Shown: positions 37,501 through 47,098, counted from the first letter of the stretch. The stretch: DNA of 64,000 nt from Candidatus Omnitrophota bacterium (GCA_028713415.1 JAQTOI010000002.1:16689-80688); one strand, 5' to 3'. Numbers and translations: made by a program. Notes: a model not told the origin generated them from the letters alone.

Positions 37501-37808
37501 TGCAACAAAAACTTTCAGCCCAAGCGCTGCCTGCGTTGTTAAAAACACTGGGGGAGATAGTAAAAAGCAGTTTGCGGCGCGGAGAAGATGTCGTAATCGA
37601 AGATGCCGGAGAAATCATCGCTGTTTTGCGCGAATGCGATAAAGAAAATTCACGAGTCTTTCTGGAGCGCCTGCAGCAATCTTTACAAAATTATATAAAT
37701 GGGCAAAAATTAAATGATATAATAAAACTCCATTGCGGGGTAGCGACATACCCTGACGATGGCGCAGACGAGGAAACCTTAATTAAAAAAGCAAAGGGGA
37801 TGCAGTGA
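34596..37808 (+). CDS. Multi-sensor histidine kinase (PAS/GAF/PAS-HisKA-HATPase) with C-terminal degenerate GGDEF-like tail
   Basis: 1070 aa with an H-box (ISHELKTPL), N/G boxes (NLIENASKFT, DTGCGI, GLGIGLS), and a tail ...EDAGEIIAVL...IKLHCGVATYPDDGADEETLIKKAKG that resembles a GGDEF C-terminus with DAGEI in place of GGDEF. Confidence 0.8.
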   Translation: MRSKKTSPKNKNAKTLISAEGSYFFKKLAELAGFGICCYSLDDEKILFANQGLVNILGLHYKPKDLIGKYLEDIFVYGQKPENIRKTDLAGGQLRQCEYYFKTLKGEDKWVLYDAFVRAPGAKGKRIVEALVKDITYLKISQKNLETLNRKLQMLTECSHALVHAYDEVELLQNICKIAIDVGQYRFAWAGFAQSDEKKSVRPVAWAGYEDGYLAGLELSWGDNELGQGPTGIAIRTGKPSINRNILIDPQYGIWRSRALERGYASSIALPLVIGDKTIGTLNIYSSIPDAFNADEVSLLVEMTNDISYGTTVLRSRIEQSKTEAALSESEERFRRAFENAGIGMALVDLDGRWLKVNRVLCEIVGYSEEELLTMSFQEITHPDDLGADVSYVQKMLSREILYYHKEKRYIHKSGHILWVLLSAALVSAKSGEPLYFVFQIQNITDRKETEEALREGERFLSSFFASIQDGISILDKEMNIVRVNPVMEQWYAHAMPLVGKKCFQAYHGRKDYCEVCPTKHTLEKGIAAHEEVPKRNAQGEIVGWLDLYSFPLIDKQTGSMKGVIEYVRDISSRKEAEEALRLSDKRFTQIADNACEWIWEVDKDGLYVYSNRAVEKILGYTREEVVGKKYFYDFFACELQGTLKDEVFGIFSKKEPLTNFIAPYLSKTGTPCMLEASGTPIVDARGNFFGYRGIATDITKRQALEDLKDDFINTISHELKTPLAITKEAINLVLGKVIGEINEQQEKTLNIAKNNTDRLAHIINKLLNISKIESGAKEFKRDFVDIVFLIRQVADLLRQRITEKGLGLKLLFAKEKIEVYINEEGIKEVFINLIENASKFTQTGFIEISVKETESMITCSVTDTGCGITGENAKKIFSKFQQFTRSGQEGEKGLGIGLSLVKSIVNMHDGQVWVESKPERGSSFIFTLPRYSAKTLLKKCLACDIEKSIKNNAKVSLVIVSILSFESLQQKLSAQALPALLKTLGEIVKSSLRRGEDVVIEDAGEIIAVLRECDKENSRVFLERLQQSLQNYINGQKLNDIIKLHCGVATYPDDGADEETLIKKAKGMQ

Positions 37809-38167
37809 TAAAAAAAGATCTCATTCTTGTCGGAGACAAGGTCCTCATAGAACCGGATGAAGGCGAAGGAAGGACCGATGCCGGGCTGTATCTTCCGCAG
37901 AACGTAAAAGAAAAAGAAAAAATTCAAACCGGTAAAATCGTAAAGACCGGCCCCGGTTACCCCGTGCCTGATCCGACAGCCCTGGAACAGGAGCCCTGGG
38001 CAAAAGCTGCGATAGATAAATATTTTCCCCTGCAGGCGCAAGAAGAGGATTACTGTATATTCCTGCGTGACCAGGGGGTTGAAATTGAATTTGAAAAAAA
38101 ACATTATATAGTCATACCGCACTCGGCTATTCTTGTTTTAATCAGAGGCTCAAACACAGAAGACTGA
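37805..38167 (+). CDS. GroES-like (Cpn10-fold) protein, 120 aa, stand-alone
   Basis: LILVGDKVLIEPDEGEGRTDAGLYLP...GKIVKTGPGY...YIVIPHSAILVLI follows the GroES pattern with an insertion. The GTG start overlaps the kinase stop. No groEL is adjacent. Confidence 0.5.
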   Translation: MIKKDLILVGDKVLIEPDEGEGRTDAGLYLPQNVKEKEKIQTGKIVKTGPGYPVPDPTALEQEPWAKAAIDKYFPLQAQEEDYCIFLRDQGVEIEFEKKHYIVIPHSAILVLIRGSNTED

Positions 38168-38348
38168 GTATAATTAAGGTTACATAATGCATCTTTATTT
38201 AAATGCCCAATGATGCAATGACGAATAAAATCCCAATGGCCAAATATCCCAATTGGATATTGGTGTTTAGGTCGTTCATTGTATAATTCGGGAGATGTGT
38301 TTACATTTTGTCATCGCGTCATACGTTAAACGGTTGCGAGGCTCGTTA

Positions 38349-38370
38349 CCCTGCCTGCGGCAGCCAGGGG
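38349..38370. repeat. REP-like GC palindrome variant (CCCTGCCTGCGGCAGCCAGGGG) at the centre of a ~400-bp imperfect palindrome
   Basis: Lies at the centre of the 38168-38592 intergenic element. The flanking arms reuse the words CCAATG/CATTGG, GACGAAT/ATTCGTC and GGTTGCG. Confidence 0.5.
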
Positions 38371-38592
38371 TTGCGTTGTAGGGTTGCGTTAAAAAATATC
38401 AGCAAAAATAACGACGATTTACGTTTACCGCCCAACGATACGAGCTGTGCAACCGATAGACGTAAGACGTAACCTTAAGTTTAAGAATTGTAAACTTGAC
38501 ATCCAAATAATACACATTCATTCGTCATTCGGATTTAGGCATTGGACATTAAATTTTATTATTGAGATGTAACTTCTTAAAGAGGAGGTATC

Positions 38593-39465
38593 ATGGGTAA
38601 GAAAGTTTGTATTTCTATAGCAGTGGTTACTATTATGTTCGCAGCAATGGTAACAAGCGCCTTTTGCGCTCAAAACACAATAGAAAAGTTGCGCTCAAGC
38701 GACCCTAACGAACGGGCTATGGCCGTTACTGAATTAGGAAGAAAGAGTGACCCCTCTAGCGTGCAGGCGTTAATAAATGCGCTTGGCGATGCCTCGGAAG
38801 ATGTAAGAAGGCGTGCGGCGCAATCTTTGGGAAAAATAAAAGATGGCAGCGCAGTGGAACCGTTAATCGCCGCGCTTCGCGATAAAAACGCAAATGTGCG
38901 CATGTGTGCAGCGCAGGCCCTTGGTTTTATACAGGATACAAAAGCCACCGAAGCACTATTAGCTTTACTTAATGATGCAAACACCGAGGTCAAAAAATTT
39001 GTTATAAAAGCTTTGGCGCAACTTCGCGATAACCGCGCCAGCGATTCTCTCATCGCCGCCCTAAAGGACGCTGACTCAAGCGTCAGGCAATTATCCGCAG
39101 AAGCTCTGGGAGAAATGAAAGACGCTAAATCAGTAGATTCTCTTATCGAGCTCCTGAAAGATAACGCGGCTTTAGTACGCATGGATGCAGCGGGCGCTCT
39201 TGGCAAAATAAAAGACTCAAAAGCCGTAGAACCGCTAATTTCTGCTTTGAACGATAAATACAAAGAGGTGCGCGCAGCGTCCGCAGAGGCGCTTGGAGAG
39301 ATACAAGACGCTAAGGCCACTGATGCGCTTAAGAAACTTGCCGGCGACGAATATAAAGAAGTACGCGATAAAGCCAAAACAGCCTTGCAAAACATAGGGA
39401 TTGCTAAACCGCAGGAAGAAGAGCCAAAGCCCACGGGCACAAACACAAACCTAGAGCTTAAATAA
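38593..39465 (+). CDS. Secreted HEAT-repeat (PBS-lyase-type) protein
   Basis: 290 aa with a signal peptide and about 8 tandem 31-residue repeats ((D/N)..VR..AA.ALG.I.D..A(V/T)(E/D)(P/A)LI.AL.D). The 272-aa antisense track ORF is an artefact of the repeats. Confidence 0.7.
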   Translation: MGKKVCISIAVVTIMFAAMVTSAFCAQNTIEKLRSSDPNERAMAVTELGRKSDPSSVQALINALGDASEDVRRRAAQSLGKIKDGSAVEPLIAALRDKNANVRMCAAQALGFIQDTKATEALLALLNDANTEVKKFVIKALAQLRDNRASDSLIAALKDADSSVRQLSAEALGEMKDAKSVDSLIELLKDNAALVRMDAAGALGKIKDSKAVEPLISALNDKYKEVRAASAEALGEIQDAKATDALKKLAGDEYKEVRDKAKTALQNIGIAKPQEEEPKPTGTNTNLELK

Positions 39466-39529
39466 GAAAGCTGGACTAAGAATAACAATAATAGCTCGTG
39501 AGCTCATCAGCTCATGAGCTCGCGAGCTA

Positions 39530-41449
39530 ATGATTACCCTTAATAACCTATCCAAAAGCTACGGCACAAAGATTCTTTTTAAGGACGTTTCTCTTTCTAT
39601 AAACCGCGGAGAGAAAATAGGGCTCATCGGCCCTAACGGCGCAGGTAAATCAACTCTTTTCTCCCTCATCTTGGGTGAAAGCGAACCAAATTCTGGCCAT
39701 ATCCACACCTATAAAAACATTCGTATAGGTTATCTGCCACAGGAATCGCACTTTGCTTCAGGAAAAAGTGTTCTTGCGGAATTGCTCGAAGGTGACAAAA
39801 CAATAATGGACTTAAAGCAGGAAAAGGAACGCTTAGAGGCCAAAAACGAAACCGCCACAAAGCGTTATGGAGACATAATACACCAACTAGAAATATTGGG
39901 CTATATGAGCCTTGAGCATACCGCAAAAAAGATACTTGCCGGCTTAGGGTTTAAACAAACAGACTTTGCGCGGCCGGTGCAAGATTTAAGCGGCGGATGG
40001 CAGATGCGCGTTCTCCTGAGTAAGCTTTTGACTTACGAATATGACATCCTGTTGTTGGATGAACCCACCAACCACCTTGACTTAAATGCTGCGATTTGGT
40101 TTAAAGACTACCTGGCTTCCTTCAAAGGGACATTTATCATAATTTCTCACGATAGAGATTTCCTGGATGAAGTAACAGCTCACACGCTGGTTCTGGAGAA
40201 TGGCGAGCTTGTAAAGATACATGGAAATTATGAGCAGTATTTAACGATACGCGGGGAACGCACAACGCACCTGACCAAACAATTCAAGGAACAGGAAAAA
40301 AAGATAAACCAATTACAGGAATTCATCGACCGTTTCCACGCGCAACCGAACAAAGCTTCACAAGTGCGCGCCAAGCGCAAAATGCTTGAGCAGATGGAGC
40401 CGATTTTAATCCCGCCTGACATACGTGAAAGCATCCGCACCTTTCGCTTTCCTTTGACCGAATCAAGCGGGCAGAGAATAATAACGCTTAGTAAAATATC
40501 TAAATCCTACGGGAACATAAACGTTTATAAAGATTTTGATTTCGAAATCACCAAAGGCGAGAAAGCGGTGCTTGCAGGAGAAAATGGTGCAGGTAAATCC
40601 ACTCTTTTAAAAATCCTGGCAGGCGTGGTAAATATTGACGCAGGAGAACGCATTTTAGGGCATAATGTAAAAACAGGATATTTTTCGCAAACCCGCATGG
40701 ACGTGTTAAGCGCCGACAATACCGTGCTTGGTGAGGCGCACTCTGCGGCGCAAAAGTATATGTCCGAAGAAACCGTCCGCACTATTTTAGGGGCGTTTCT
40801 GTTTAGCGGAAATGACTCTGATAAGAAAGTAAGCGTGCTTTCGGGGGGAGAAAAAAGCCGGCTTATACTGGCTAAACTCCTCATTAACCCTCCAAATTTT
40901 CTGCTGCTGGATGAACCCACCACGCATCTTGACGTGGATGCCGTAGATGCCCTGATTAAGGCGCTTGGGGAATACGAGGGAACGCTAGTTTTTATCAGCC
41001 ACGATATCCATTTTGTCCGTTCTCTTGCCAATGTAGTCTTTGAGGTAAAAAGCGGGCGAGTGATAAAGTACCCGGGGAATTTTGATTATTACCTCGAAAA
41101 AAAAGCAAAAGGAGAAATAGCCGGCTCAAAGCCGCATGTCTCAAAAGGAAAATGGCACGCAACCTACCAGGCACTCGAGAAACAATCAAAACAAAAAGCA
41201 GACGCTAGCTACGAGGAAAAACAGAAATCTTATAACGCTTTCTTATCTGCCCAGATAAAACAATTAAGAAAAGAAAAAGAAGAGCTCCAGGCGGAGCGTT
41301 ATGTCAAAGAACGCATCATCGTAAACAAATACAGCCATCACAGCAACGAAACAAAAAAACAATATGCGCAGCGTATCCATGATATTGATGCGCGGATTTG
41401 CGAAATTGATAATCAAATAAAGTCCCTTAAGACCAAGTTTTTAAATTAG
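39530..41449 (+). CDS. ABC-F family ATPase (tandem ABC domains, no TMD; EttA/Uup/YheS-like)
   Basis: 639 aa with two Walker A motifs (GPNGAGKST, GENGAGKST), two LSGG signatures, and a coiled-coil C-terminus. Confidence 0.85.
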   Translation: MITLNNLSKSYGTKILFKDVSLSINRGEKIGLIGPNGAGKSTLFSLILGESEPNSGHIHTYKNIRIGYLPQESHFASGKSVLAELLEGDKTIMDLKQEKERLEAKNETATKRYGDIIHQLEILGYMSLEHTAKKILAGLGFKQTDFARPVQDLSGGWQMRVLLSKLLTYEYDILLLDEPTNHLDLNAAIWFKDYLASFKGTFIIISHDRDFLDEVTAHTLVLENGELVKIHGNYEQYLTIRGERTTHLTKQFKEQEKKINQLQEFIDRFHAQPNKASQVRAKRKMLEQMEPILIPPDIRESIRTFRFPLTESSGQRIITLSKISKSYGNINVYKDFDFEITKGEKAVLAGENGAGKSTLLKILAGVVNIDAGERILGHNVKTGYFSQTRMDVLSADNTVLGEAHSAAQKYMSEETVRTILGAFLFSGNDSDKKVSVLSGGEKSRLILAKLLINPPNFLLLDEPTTHLDVDAVDALIKALGEYEGTLVFISHDIHFVRSLANVVFEVKSGRVIKYPGNFDYYLEKKAKGEIAGSKPHVSKGKWHATYQALEKQSKQKADASYEEKQKSYNAFLSAQIKQLRKEKEELQAERYVKERIIVNKYSHHSNETKKQYAQRIHDIDARICEIDNQIKSLKTKFLN

Positions 41450-41530
41450 ATAATTAAATTACAGGTTTGAAAAATTTATGGTATAATTAATTTTAAAATA
41501 TATTAAATTTTTATATTGACGGAGGATTTT

Positions 41531-42043
41531 ATGGGTTCTATCGTTGTTATTTTAGTTTTAATAGGCGTTGCCTTAATCGTTATCATGCTGCGCTCTCCGA
41601 AAAAAGAAAACGGTCAAGAAGGGGCAGCGGGAGCATCTGAAGATAAGCTGCACTTGGAAAACGAAGCTGCCGCCATTAAAGATGAGCGCGACAAGTTAAA
41701 GGCAGATGTTGAAACGTTAAAAAATGAGCTTCAGGAAATAAAAAAAGAGGATTCTGACTTGCGTGACCAACTGGCAAGAGCGAAAGAGGGATACGCAAAA
41801 AATCAGGAAACCCTTTCTAAATGCATGAAAGAAAATCAGGACTTAAAAGATAAACTGGCGCAACAGCAAAAAGCTATTTTAAAAGCTTCCGTAGAAGCTG
41901 AGAAAGTGAAAAAACAGCCACAAATTACCCCTGCCTCGCCTGGAACGAGTCAAGGCGGGCAGCCGCAGCAACCTCAAGTAACAAAACAAGACGAAATTAA
42001 AAAACCGCAAGACGAAGGAAAGCCTGGCCCTGCGAGCGAGTAA
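41531..42043 (+). CDS. Membrane-anchored coiled-coil protein (hypothetical)
   Basis: The ATG at 41531 has a GGAGG RBS 7 nt upstream. It has an N-terminal TM helix, then a coiled coil and a Pro/Gln-rich tail. Confidence 0.4.
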   Translation: MGSIVVILVLIGVALIVIMLRSPKKENGQEGAAGASEDKLHLENEAAAIKDERDKLKADVETLKNELQEIKKEDSDLRDQLARAKEGYAKNQETLSKCMKENQDLKDKLAQQQKAILKASVEAEKVKKQPQITPASPGTSQGGQPQQPQVTKQDEIKKPQDEGKPGPASE

Positions 42044-42052
42044 TCCCCGTTA

Positions 42053-43816
42053 ATGAACTCCTTTTTACCTACTTCAAAAGCCGACCTAAAAAAGACAAAT
42101 TGGGAGAGCCTGGACATCATCCTTATCAGCGGTGATGCCTACGTGGACCACCCCTCTTACGGCACCTCCGTAATAGGCAGGGTTTTGGAAAATTCCGGCT
42201 ATAAAGTAGGGATTATCGCCCAACCCAATTGGCGCAAGCCGGATGATTTTGTCAGATTAGGTAAACCCCGCTTATTTTTTGGAATATCCGCCGGAAACCT
42301 TGATTCTATGGTGGCAAATTACACAACCAACATGCACCGCCGCCGGTCCGACGATTATTCACCAGGCACAAAACCGAATTTACGGCCAGACAGGGCGGTA
42401 ATTGTTTACGCAAATATGGTGCGCAAGGCCTATAGCGATACTTGCATTGTAATAGGGGGGATAGAAGCATCGTTACGCAGATTTGCGCATTATGACTTCT
42501 GGGAAAATCGCGTGCGCGGCTCAATTCTCCTGGATTCAAGAGCAAACATTTTAGTTTACGGCATGGCTGAAAAACAGATAGTAGAAATAGCGCGCCGCAG
42601 GAGAAAAAATTTGCCTCTGACAAATATTCCAGGCACAACCATTGCGCAAAAAGATACAAGCGGGCTTGGAGAATATTTGGAGCTTCCCTCTTGCGAAGAA
42701 ACAAAAGCAGACAGAGATAAATTCAATGAAGCATTCAGGATATTTTACCGCAACCAGGACCCTTTTAGAGGGAAAACGCTTATTCAGCGCCACAGCGGAC
42801 GCTTAATAGTGCAATTTCCCCCTGCCCCGCCACTGGCGCAAGAAGAGCTTGGTAAAATATTTGAGCTGCCCTATATGCGCGCGCCTCATCCGGATTATAA
42901 CACTCAGGGCGGCGTATCCGGTTTTGAAACAGTGCGTTTTTCTATTATTTCAAATAGAGGCTGCTGCGGAGAATGCAACTTCTGCTCTCTTTATGCGCAT
43001 CAGGGAAGAATTGTTACCTCGCGCAGCAAAGAATCTATACTTCGCGAAGTCCTGCTTTTAACGCGGCAGAAAAATTTTAGAGGAACAATCACCGACGTAG
43101 GAGGCCCTACCGCTAACCTATACTACAGCCGTTGCGGCCGCTGGAACAGGGAAGGCGCCTGTGCTCATAAACAATGCTTAATGCCAAAACAATGCCCGCA
43201 TTTAAAATTAGGGTATAGAGAAAGCCTGGAACTTTATAAAGCGCTGCTGGCCCTGCCAAAAGTAAAACATGTTTTTATAGAAAGCGGGTTTCGTTACGAC
43301 TTGCTTACCGATGAAACAGCGGAAAACTACCTGAAAAATATATGCGCAAGCCACATAAGCGGCCAGATGAAGGTAGCCCCGGAACATAATGTTGAAAAAG
43401 TATTAAAAGTTATGAATAAACCAGCCCTGGCTTCTTATGAAAAGTTTGTGGAAAAATACCGCGCAGCGTCCGCAGAGGTTAAAAAAGAACTTTATCTGGT
43501 AAATTATTTCATCTCAGGACACCCAGGCACAACCCTGCAAGATGCTTTGGATTTAGCGCTATATCTAATACGCAAAAAAATCAGGCCGCAACAGATACAA
43601 GATTTTATACCCCTGCCCCTGACCCTAAGCGGCTGCATTTTTTATACAGGAAAAGACCCTCTGACTTCGCAAATTATTTATGTGCCCAGGGCACAAAAGG
43701 AAAGAAAAATGCAGCGGGCGCTTATACAGTATTTTAATCCGAAAAATAAAAGGTTGGTCTTAGAAGCCTTAAAGATTTTAAAGAAGGTTCACTTAAGGGG
43801 CCAGTTTCATGTTTAA
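42053..43816 (+). CDS. ygiQ: YgiQ-family (UPF0313) radical SAM protein
   Basis: 587 aa. The N-terminus ...ILISGDAYVDHPSYGTSVIGRVLENSGYKVGIIAQPNW is the hallmark of YgiQ, and a CxxxCxxC motif (CGECNFC) is present. Confidence 0.8.
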   Translation: MNSFLPTSKADLKKTNWESLDIILISGDAYVDHPSYGTSVIGRVLENSGYKVGIIAQPNWRKPDDFVRLGKPRLFFGISAGNLDSMVANYTTNMHRRRSDDYSPGTKPNLRPDRAVIVYANMVRKAYSDTCIVIGGIEASLRRFAHYDFWENRVRGSILLDSRANILVYGMAEKQIVEIARRRRKNLPLTNIPGTTIAQKDTSGLGEYLELPSCEETKADRDKFNEAFRIFYRNQDPFRGKTLIQRHSGRLIVQFPPAPPLAQEELGKIFELPYMRAPHPDYNTQGGVSGFETVRFSIISNRGCCGECNFCSLYAHQGRIVTSRSKESILREVLLLTRQKNFRGTITDVGGPTANLYYSRCGRWNREGACAHKQCLMPKQCPHLKLGYRESLELYKALLALPKVKHVFIESGFRYDLLTDETAENYLKNICASHISGQMKVAPEHNVEKVLKVMNKPALASYEKFVEKYRAASAEVKKELYLVNYFISGHPGTTLQDALDLALYLIRKKIRPQQIQDFIPLPLTLSGCIFYTGKDPLTSQIIYVPRAQKERKMQRALIQYFNPKNKRLVLEALKILKKVHLRGQFHV

Positions 43817-43852
43817 CTAGTTTTTCTCTAAAAGATACTTGTTCGGCGAAAA

Positions 43853-44728
43853 CTACTTACGGCTATATTTATTTACAAAGGCTGTAAAAGCTCTGATAAA
43901 TTCCTCCTGATACGCATAAGCGCCTTCATTGTGCCCGCCGCGCATTATCAAAAACTCTTTAGGGGCTTTGGCCGCGGCAAAAAGCTTCTCTCCTAGCCTA
44001 AAAGGCACCATCTCATCCTCTCTGCTGTGGATAATAAGTTTGGGAATAGATATCTGTTTGATTTTAGACAGAGAATCAAATTTGACGCTTGAAAGCGCGC
44101 GCAGGAGGAATTCCGGAAACCAGGGAAATATAGCCTTGCCCATATCCGCAGCAGAGCTAAAACCGCTATACAGAACCAGAAGCCCTGCGGGGGCGCGTGA
44201 AGCTAGATCTACTGCTGCTTGAGTGCCAATTGATTCTCCGTAGATTATCACATCTCCGGGAGAAACGTATTTTTCTTTAAGAAGATATTGATAGGCAGCG
44301 AAAGCATCATCATAAATTCCCTGCTCGGATGGTCTGCCGGTACTTCGGCCGTACCCTCTGTAATCGAAAATAAAAACGCTAAAGCCGGCCTGATGAAAAA
44401 GTTCAAGGAGCGGTATTCTGTGGCTTATATTCCCGGCATTACCGTGACAGAATAAAATAACAGGCGCTTGACTTTTGCCCTGAATAAACCAGCCGTTTAA
44501 GGTGACTTTACCCTGCGGGCCTGAGCCGAGCGAAGCGGAAAAACTTACATCTTCGTAATCTAGCCCTGCGTCTTTTGGGGTAGCGCTAATTTTCCGTGAA
44601 GGATAGAATATGTTGTTTTTCTCGAAATTTTTAAGATAAAACAGGAATGCAGCAAACAGTAGGCATATAGCTATTCCAAGGTTTATCTGCATCCCCATGA
44701 TTTTTTTTATGTCAATTTTAATACACAT
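43853..44728 (-). CDS. Alpha/beta hydrolase (membrane-anchored, S9/S33-like)
   Basis: HGNAGN...GESIGT (nucleophile elbow GxSxG) ...HSREDE... gives the catalytic triad pattern. An N-terminal TM helix is present. Confidence 0.7.
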   Translation of the reverse strand: MCIKIDIKKIMGMQINLGIAICLLFAAFLFYLKNFEKNNIFYPSRKISATPKDAGLDYEDVSFSASLGSGPQGKVTLNGWFIQGKSQAPVILFCHGNAGNISHRIPLLELFHQAGFSVFIFDYRGYGRSTGRPSEQGIYDDAFAAYQYLLKEKYVSPGDVIIYGESIGTQAAVDLASRAPAGLLVLYSGFSSAADMGKAIFPWFPEFLLRALSSVKFDSLSKIKQISIPKLIIHSREDEMVPFRLGEKLFAAAKAPKEFLIMRGGHNEGAYAYQEEFIRAFTAFVNKYSRK

Positions 44729-44903
44729 ACTCCCTTTAAATTATATTATAAAATGAAGCCCCCTGCAACTCTCCGGCTAGCCCCGAGGTTCCAGGGCGGA
44801 ATACTGAGCGCCGCCGGCATAATTTTGGCGGCGCGAATGTACAAATTTTCTTTATAACAATAATTCTATTTTCTGCTATAATTGTCCACTAAATTGTTTT
44901 AAG

Positions 44904-44995
44904 TGATTACGGATGCAGACGGATTACTACGGATGCCGCAGATTATCGATAAATTCATCCGTCCAATCCGCAACAATCCGTGACATCCACACTTA
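44904..44995. repeat. Intergenic word-repeat imperfect palindrome (CGGAT/ATCCG words)
   Basis: gattacggatgcagacggattactacggatgccgcagattatcgataaattcatccgtccaatccgcaacaatccgtgacatcc lies upstream of maf. Confidence 0.5.
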
Positions 44996-45009
44996 AATAA
45001 AATTAAGTT

Positions 45010-45594
45010 ATGCATATAATCCTTGCATCCAAATCTCCTCGCAGGAAAGAACTATTTAAAAAAATAGTGCGCCGCTTTACTGTGGCACCAAGCCGGGTAG
45101 ATGAAACAAAAATACAGGAGATTGACCCGGTAATCTTTGCCCTGCAGGCGGCTCAAGAAAAAGCTTGCGTAGTAGGAAAACGGTATCCGCACGCAATAGT
45201 TGTCGCGGCAGACACAATAGTTGCCTTAAAGAGCACAATTTTTGGAAAACCAAAAAATCTCTTAGAGGCAAAAAAAATGCTAAAGAGGCTATCGGGCACT
45301 ACTCATCGCGTAATTACCGCGGTAACTTTATATAAACACGATAACGGGAAAATATTAAACGATTACGAAATAACGTCTGTAACTTTTAGAAAACTAAAAA
45401 AGGAAGAAATCGAAAGTTATTTAAAAAACGGCGATTTCAGAGACAAGGCCGGCTCTTACGCTGTACAGGCTATCGGCGATGTATTTGTCGAAAAAATTGA
45501 AGGCGATTATGACAATGTGGTCGGGCTTCCCACCAGAAAAGTGAGAAAGCTTTTAAAACAATTCAAACGAACTTTAGAAGCGGATACCCGCTGA
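45010..45594 (+). CDS. maf: Maf-like nucleoside triphosphate pyrophosphatase
   Basis: MHIILASKSPRRKELF...VVAADTIV... matches the Maf/Ham1 N-terminus. Confidence 0.8.
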   Translation: MHIILASKSPRRKELFKKIVRRFTVAPSRVDETKIQEIDPVIFALQAAQEKACVVGKRYPHAIVVAADTIVALKSTIFGKPKNLLEAKKMLKRLSGTTHRVITAVTLYKHDNGKILNDYEITSVTFRKLKKEEIESYLKNGDFRDKAGSYAVQAIGDVFVEKIEGDYDNVVGLPTRKVRKLLKQFKRTLEADTR

Positions 45595-45596
45595 TT

Positions 45597-45655
45597 AAAA
45601 CGCGGATGAACGCGGAGTCAGCGTTGTTCCGCGTATTGTTCCGCGGCAATCCGCC
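45597..45655. repeat. Intergenic word-repeat imperfect palindrome (CGCGGA/TCCGCG words)
   Basis: aacgcggatgaacgcggagtcagcgttgttccgcgtattgttccgcggcaatccgc lies between maf and the surA-like gene. Confidence 0.5.
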
Positions 45656-45677
45656 TCTACCATTAAAGGAGGGCTTC

Positions 45678-46658
45678 GTGAATAAAGCTGTGATTATTTC
45701 AGTTGGTTTCGCATTATTGGCCGTCATCACGACAGGCGCTTTTGCGCAGGCGCAACAGTCAGCCGCGCCAATACAGGGAACTACAATCAGCGCAAATCAA
45801 GAGGCGCAAAAGAATGATGTTTTGGCAAGAGTGGGAGACTGGTCCGTAACGTTGGATGAATTCAATAAAGCATTGGAGAAGTTAAAACCTTATCTTGCGC
45901 AACAGCAAATCGAGATAGACCCTGATTTTAAAGAAAGAATGCTTAACGAGCTTATCGAGCAAGAAATCTTGGCGCAAATTGCCGAAAAAGACGGCAGGGA
46001 CCAGGACCCGGAAGTTATTGCGGCGCTTAAACGTTATCGCAGCGCGATGCTGGCGGTAAAAGCAATGGAAGGGCTGCAGGCTAATATTGCCATAAACAGC
46101 GCTGAAATTAAAAATTTTTATGACAGAAATAAAGATCTTTTTGCCACGCCGCCTAAAGAGGTAAAAATATTAAGTATTGCCTTCGAAACAGAAGCGCAGG
46201 CGCAAGATATAAAAGCAAAACTGCAAAAAGAGGGAAATTTCGAAAAAATTGCGCGCCAATACCCGGATTCCGCATTCGGCGTAAAAAGCGCAGAGTCAGG
46301 ATTTATTCCGGTTAAAGATGTAATTTTAAAAAATAATGACATTGAGCCTAATGAAACCGGCATGGCGGACAAAAGCGATACGCCTAACTTGCCTGATAAA
46401 CCAAAGGAATTCTGGGATAAATTGCTTGCCTTAAAAAAGGGAGAAACCTCTGATGTTTTTAAGGCTTCCGATGGTAAATTCTACATTATCAATTTAAGCG
46501 ATGTAAAGGGCGGCCAAAATATTGCCCCTTTTGAGCAGGTAAGCTCTTATATCGAAGAGTATTTGAAAATAAAAGAACTTAATCAAGCGGTCCAGAAGCT
46601 GGTCGAAGGTTTTAAGGCAGAGAAAAAGGTTGAAGTAAACAGGGATTTGCTGAAATAA
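45678..46658 (+). CDS. Periplasmic SurA/PpiD-like chaperone (SurA N-terminal domain plus a parvulin-like region)
   Basis: The GTG at 45678 is preceded by AAGGAGG and gives a signal peptide VNKAVIISVGFALLAVITTGAFAQ. The track ORF starts 72 nt earlier, inside a word-repeat element. Confidence 0.6.
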   Translation: MNKAVIISVGFALLAVITTGAFAQAQQSAAPIQGTTISANQEAQKNDVLARVGDWSVTLDEFNKALEKLKPYLAQQQIEIDPDFKERMLNELIEQEILAQIAEKDGRDQDPEVIAALKRYRSAMLAVKAMEGLQANIAINSAEIKNFYDRNKDLFATPPKEVKILSIAFETEAQAQDIKAKLQKEGNFEKIARQYPDSAFGVKSAESGFIPVKDVILKNNDIEPNETGMADKSDTPNLPDKPKEFWDKLLALKKGETSDVFKASDGKFYIINLSDVKGGQNIAPFEQVSSYIEEYLKIKELNQAVQKLVEGFKAEKKVEVNRDLLK

Positions 46659-46786
46659 CTCTTTTCATAAGCTTAAAAATAACCGTTTTTTCCTAAATCT
46701 CTGTAATCACTCCCCTAATCTACGTAATCAAGTCTTTACTGAAAAAACTTGACGCAAAAAGCTTTCTGTGTTAATATCTCTCCCTT

Positions 46787-47098
46787 ATGTGGGCAGTTAT
46801 AGAAATCGATAATAAACAATACCTGGTTAAAGAAGGGGATTCTATCGAAGCTGAGAGGCTCAAGCAAAAAGAAGGAGAAATCACCTTTGATAAGGTACTC
46901 CTCTTGGTTGACGACTCTTCGGTAACAGTCGGCACCCCTTATGTCTTAAAAGCTACGGTAAAAGCTACGGTAAAAGGCGAAGCCAAAGGCAAAAAGGTCA
47001 TCAGCTTCAAATACCGCCGGAGAAAGAAATCGCGTTGGATTAAGGGGCATCGTCAAATTCACACTCTCCTTGCTATTTCCCGCATTATCCCCGCCTAA
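46787..47098 (+). CDS. rplU: 50S ribosomal protein L21
   Basis: MWAVIEIDNKQYLVKEGDSIEAERL... matches the bL21 N-terminus MYAVIETGGKQYKV.EGD. Confidence 0.85.
   Translation: MWAVIEIDNKQYLVKEGDSIEAERLKQKEGEITFDKVLLLVDDSSVTVGTPYVLKATVKATVKGEAKGKKVISFKYRRRKKSRWIKGHRQIHTLLAISRIIPA

Noticed and set aside
37055-38122. Minus-strand ORFs 37055-37618 and 37691-38122
   Set aside because: They are antisense to the histidine kinase 3' end and the GroES-like gene, and both sense genes have clear motifs.
38670-39488. 272-aa minus-strand ORF
   Set aside because: It is antisense to the HEAT-repeat gene. The repeat periodicity keeps the antisense frame open, but the Ser/Ala/Arg-rich translation has no motifs, whereas the plus-strand product has a signal peptide and canonical HEAT repeats.
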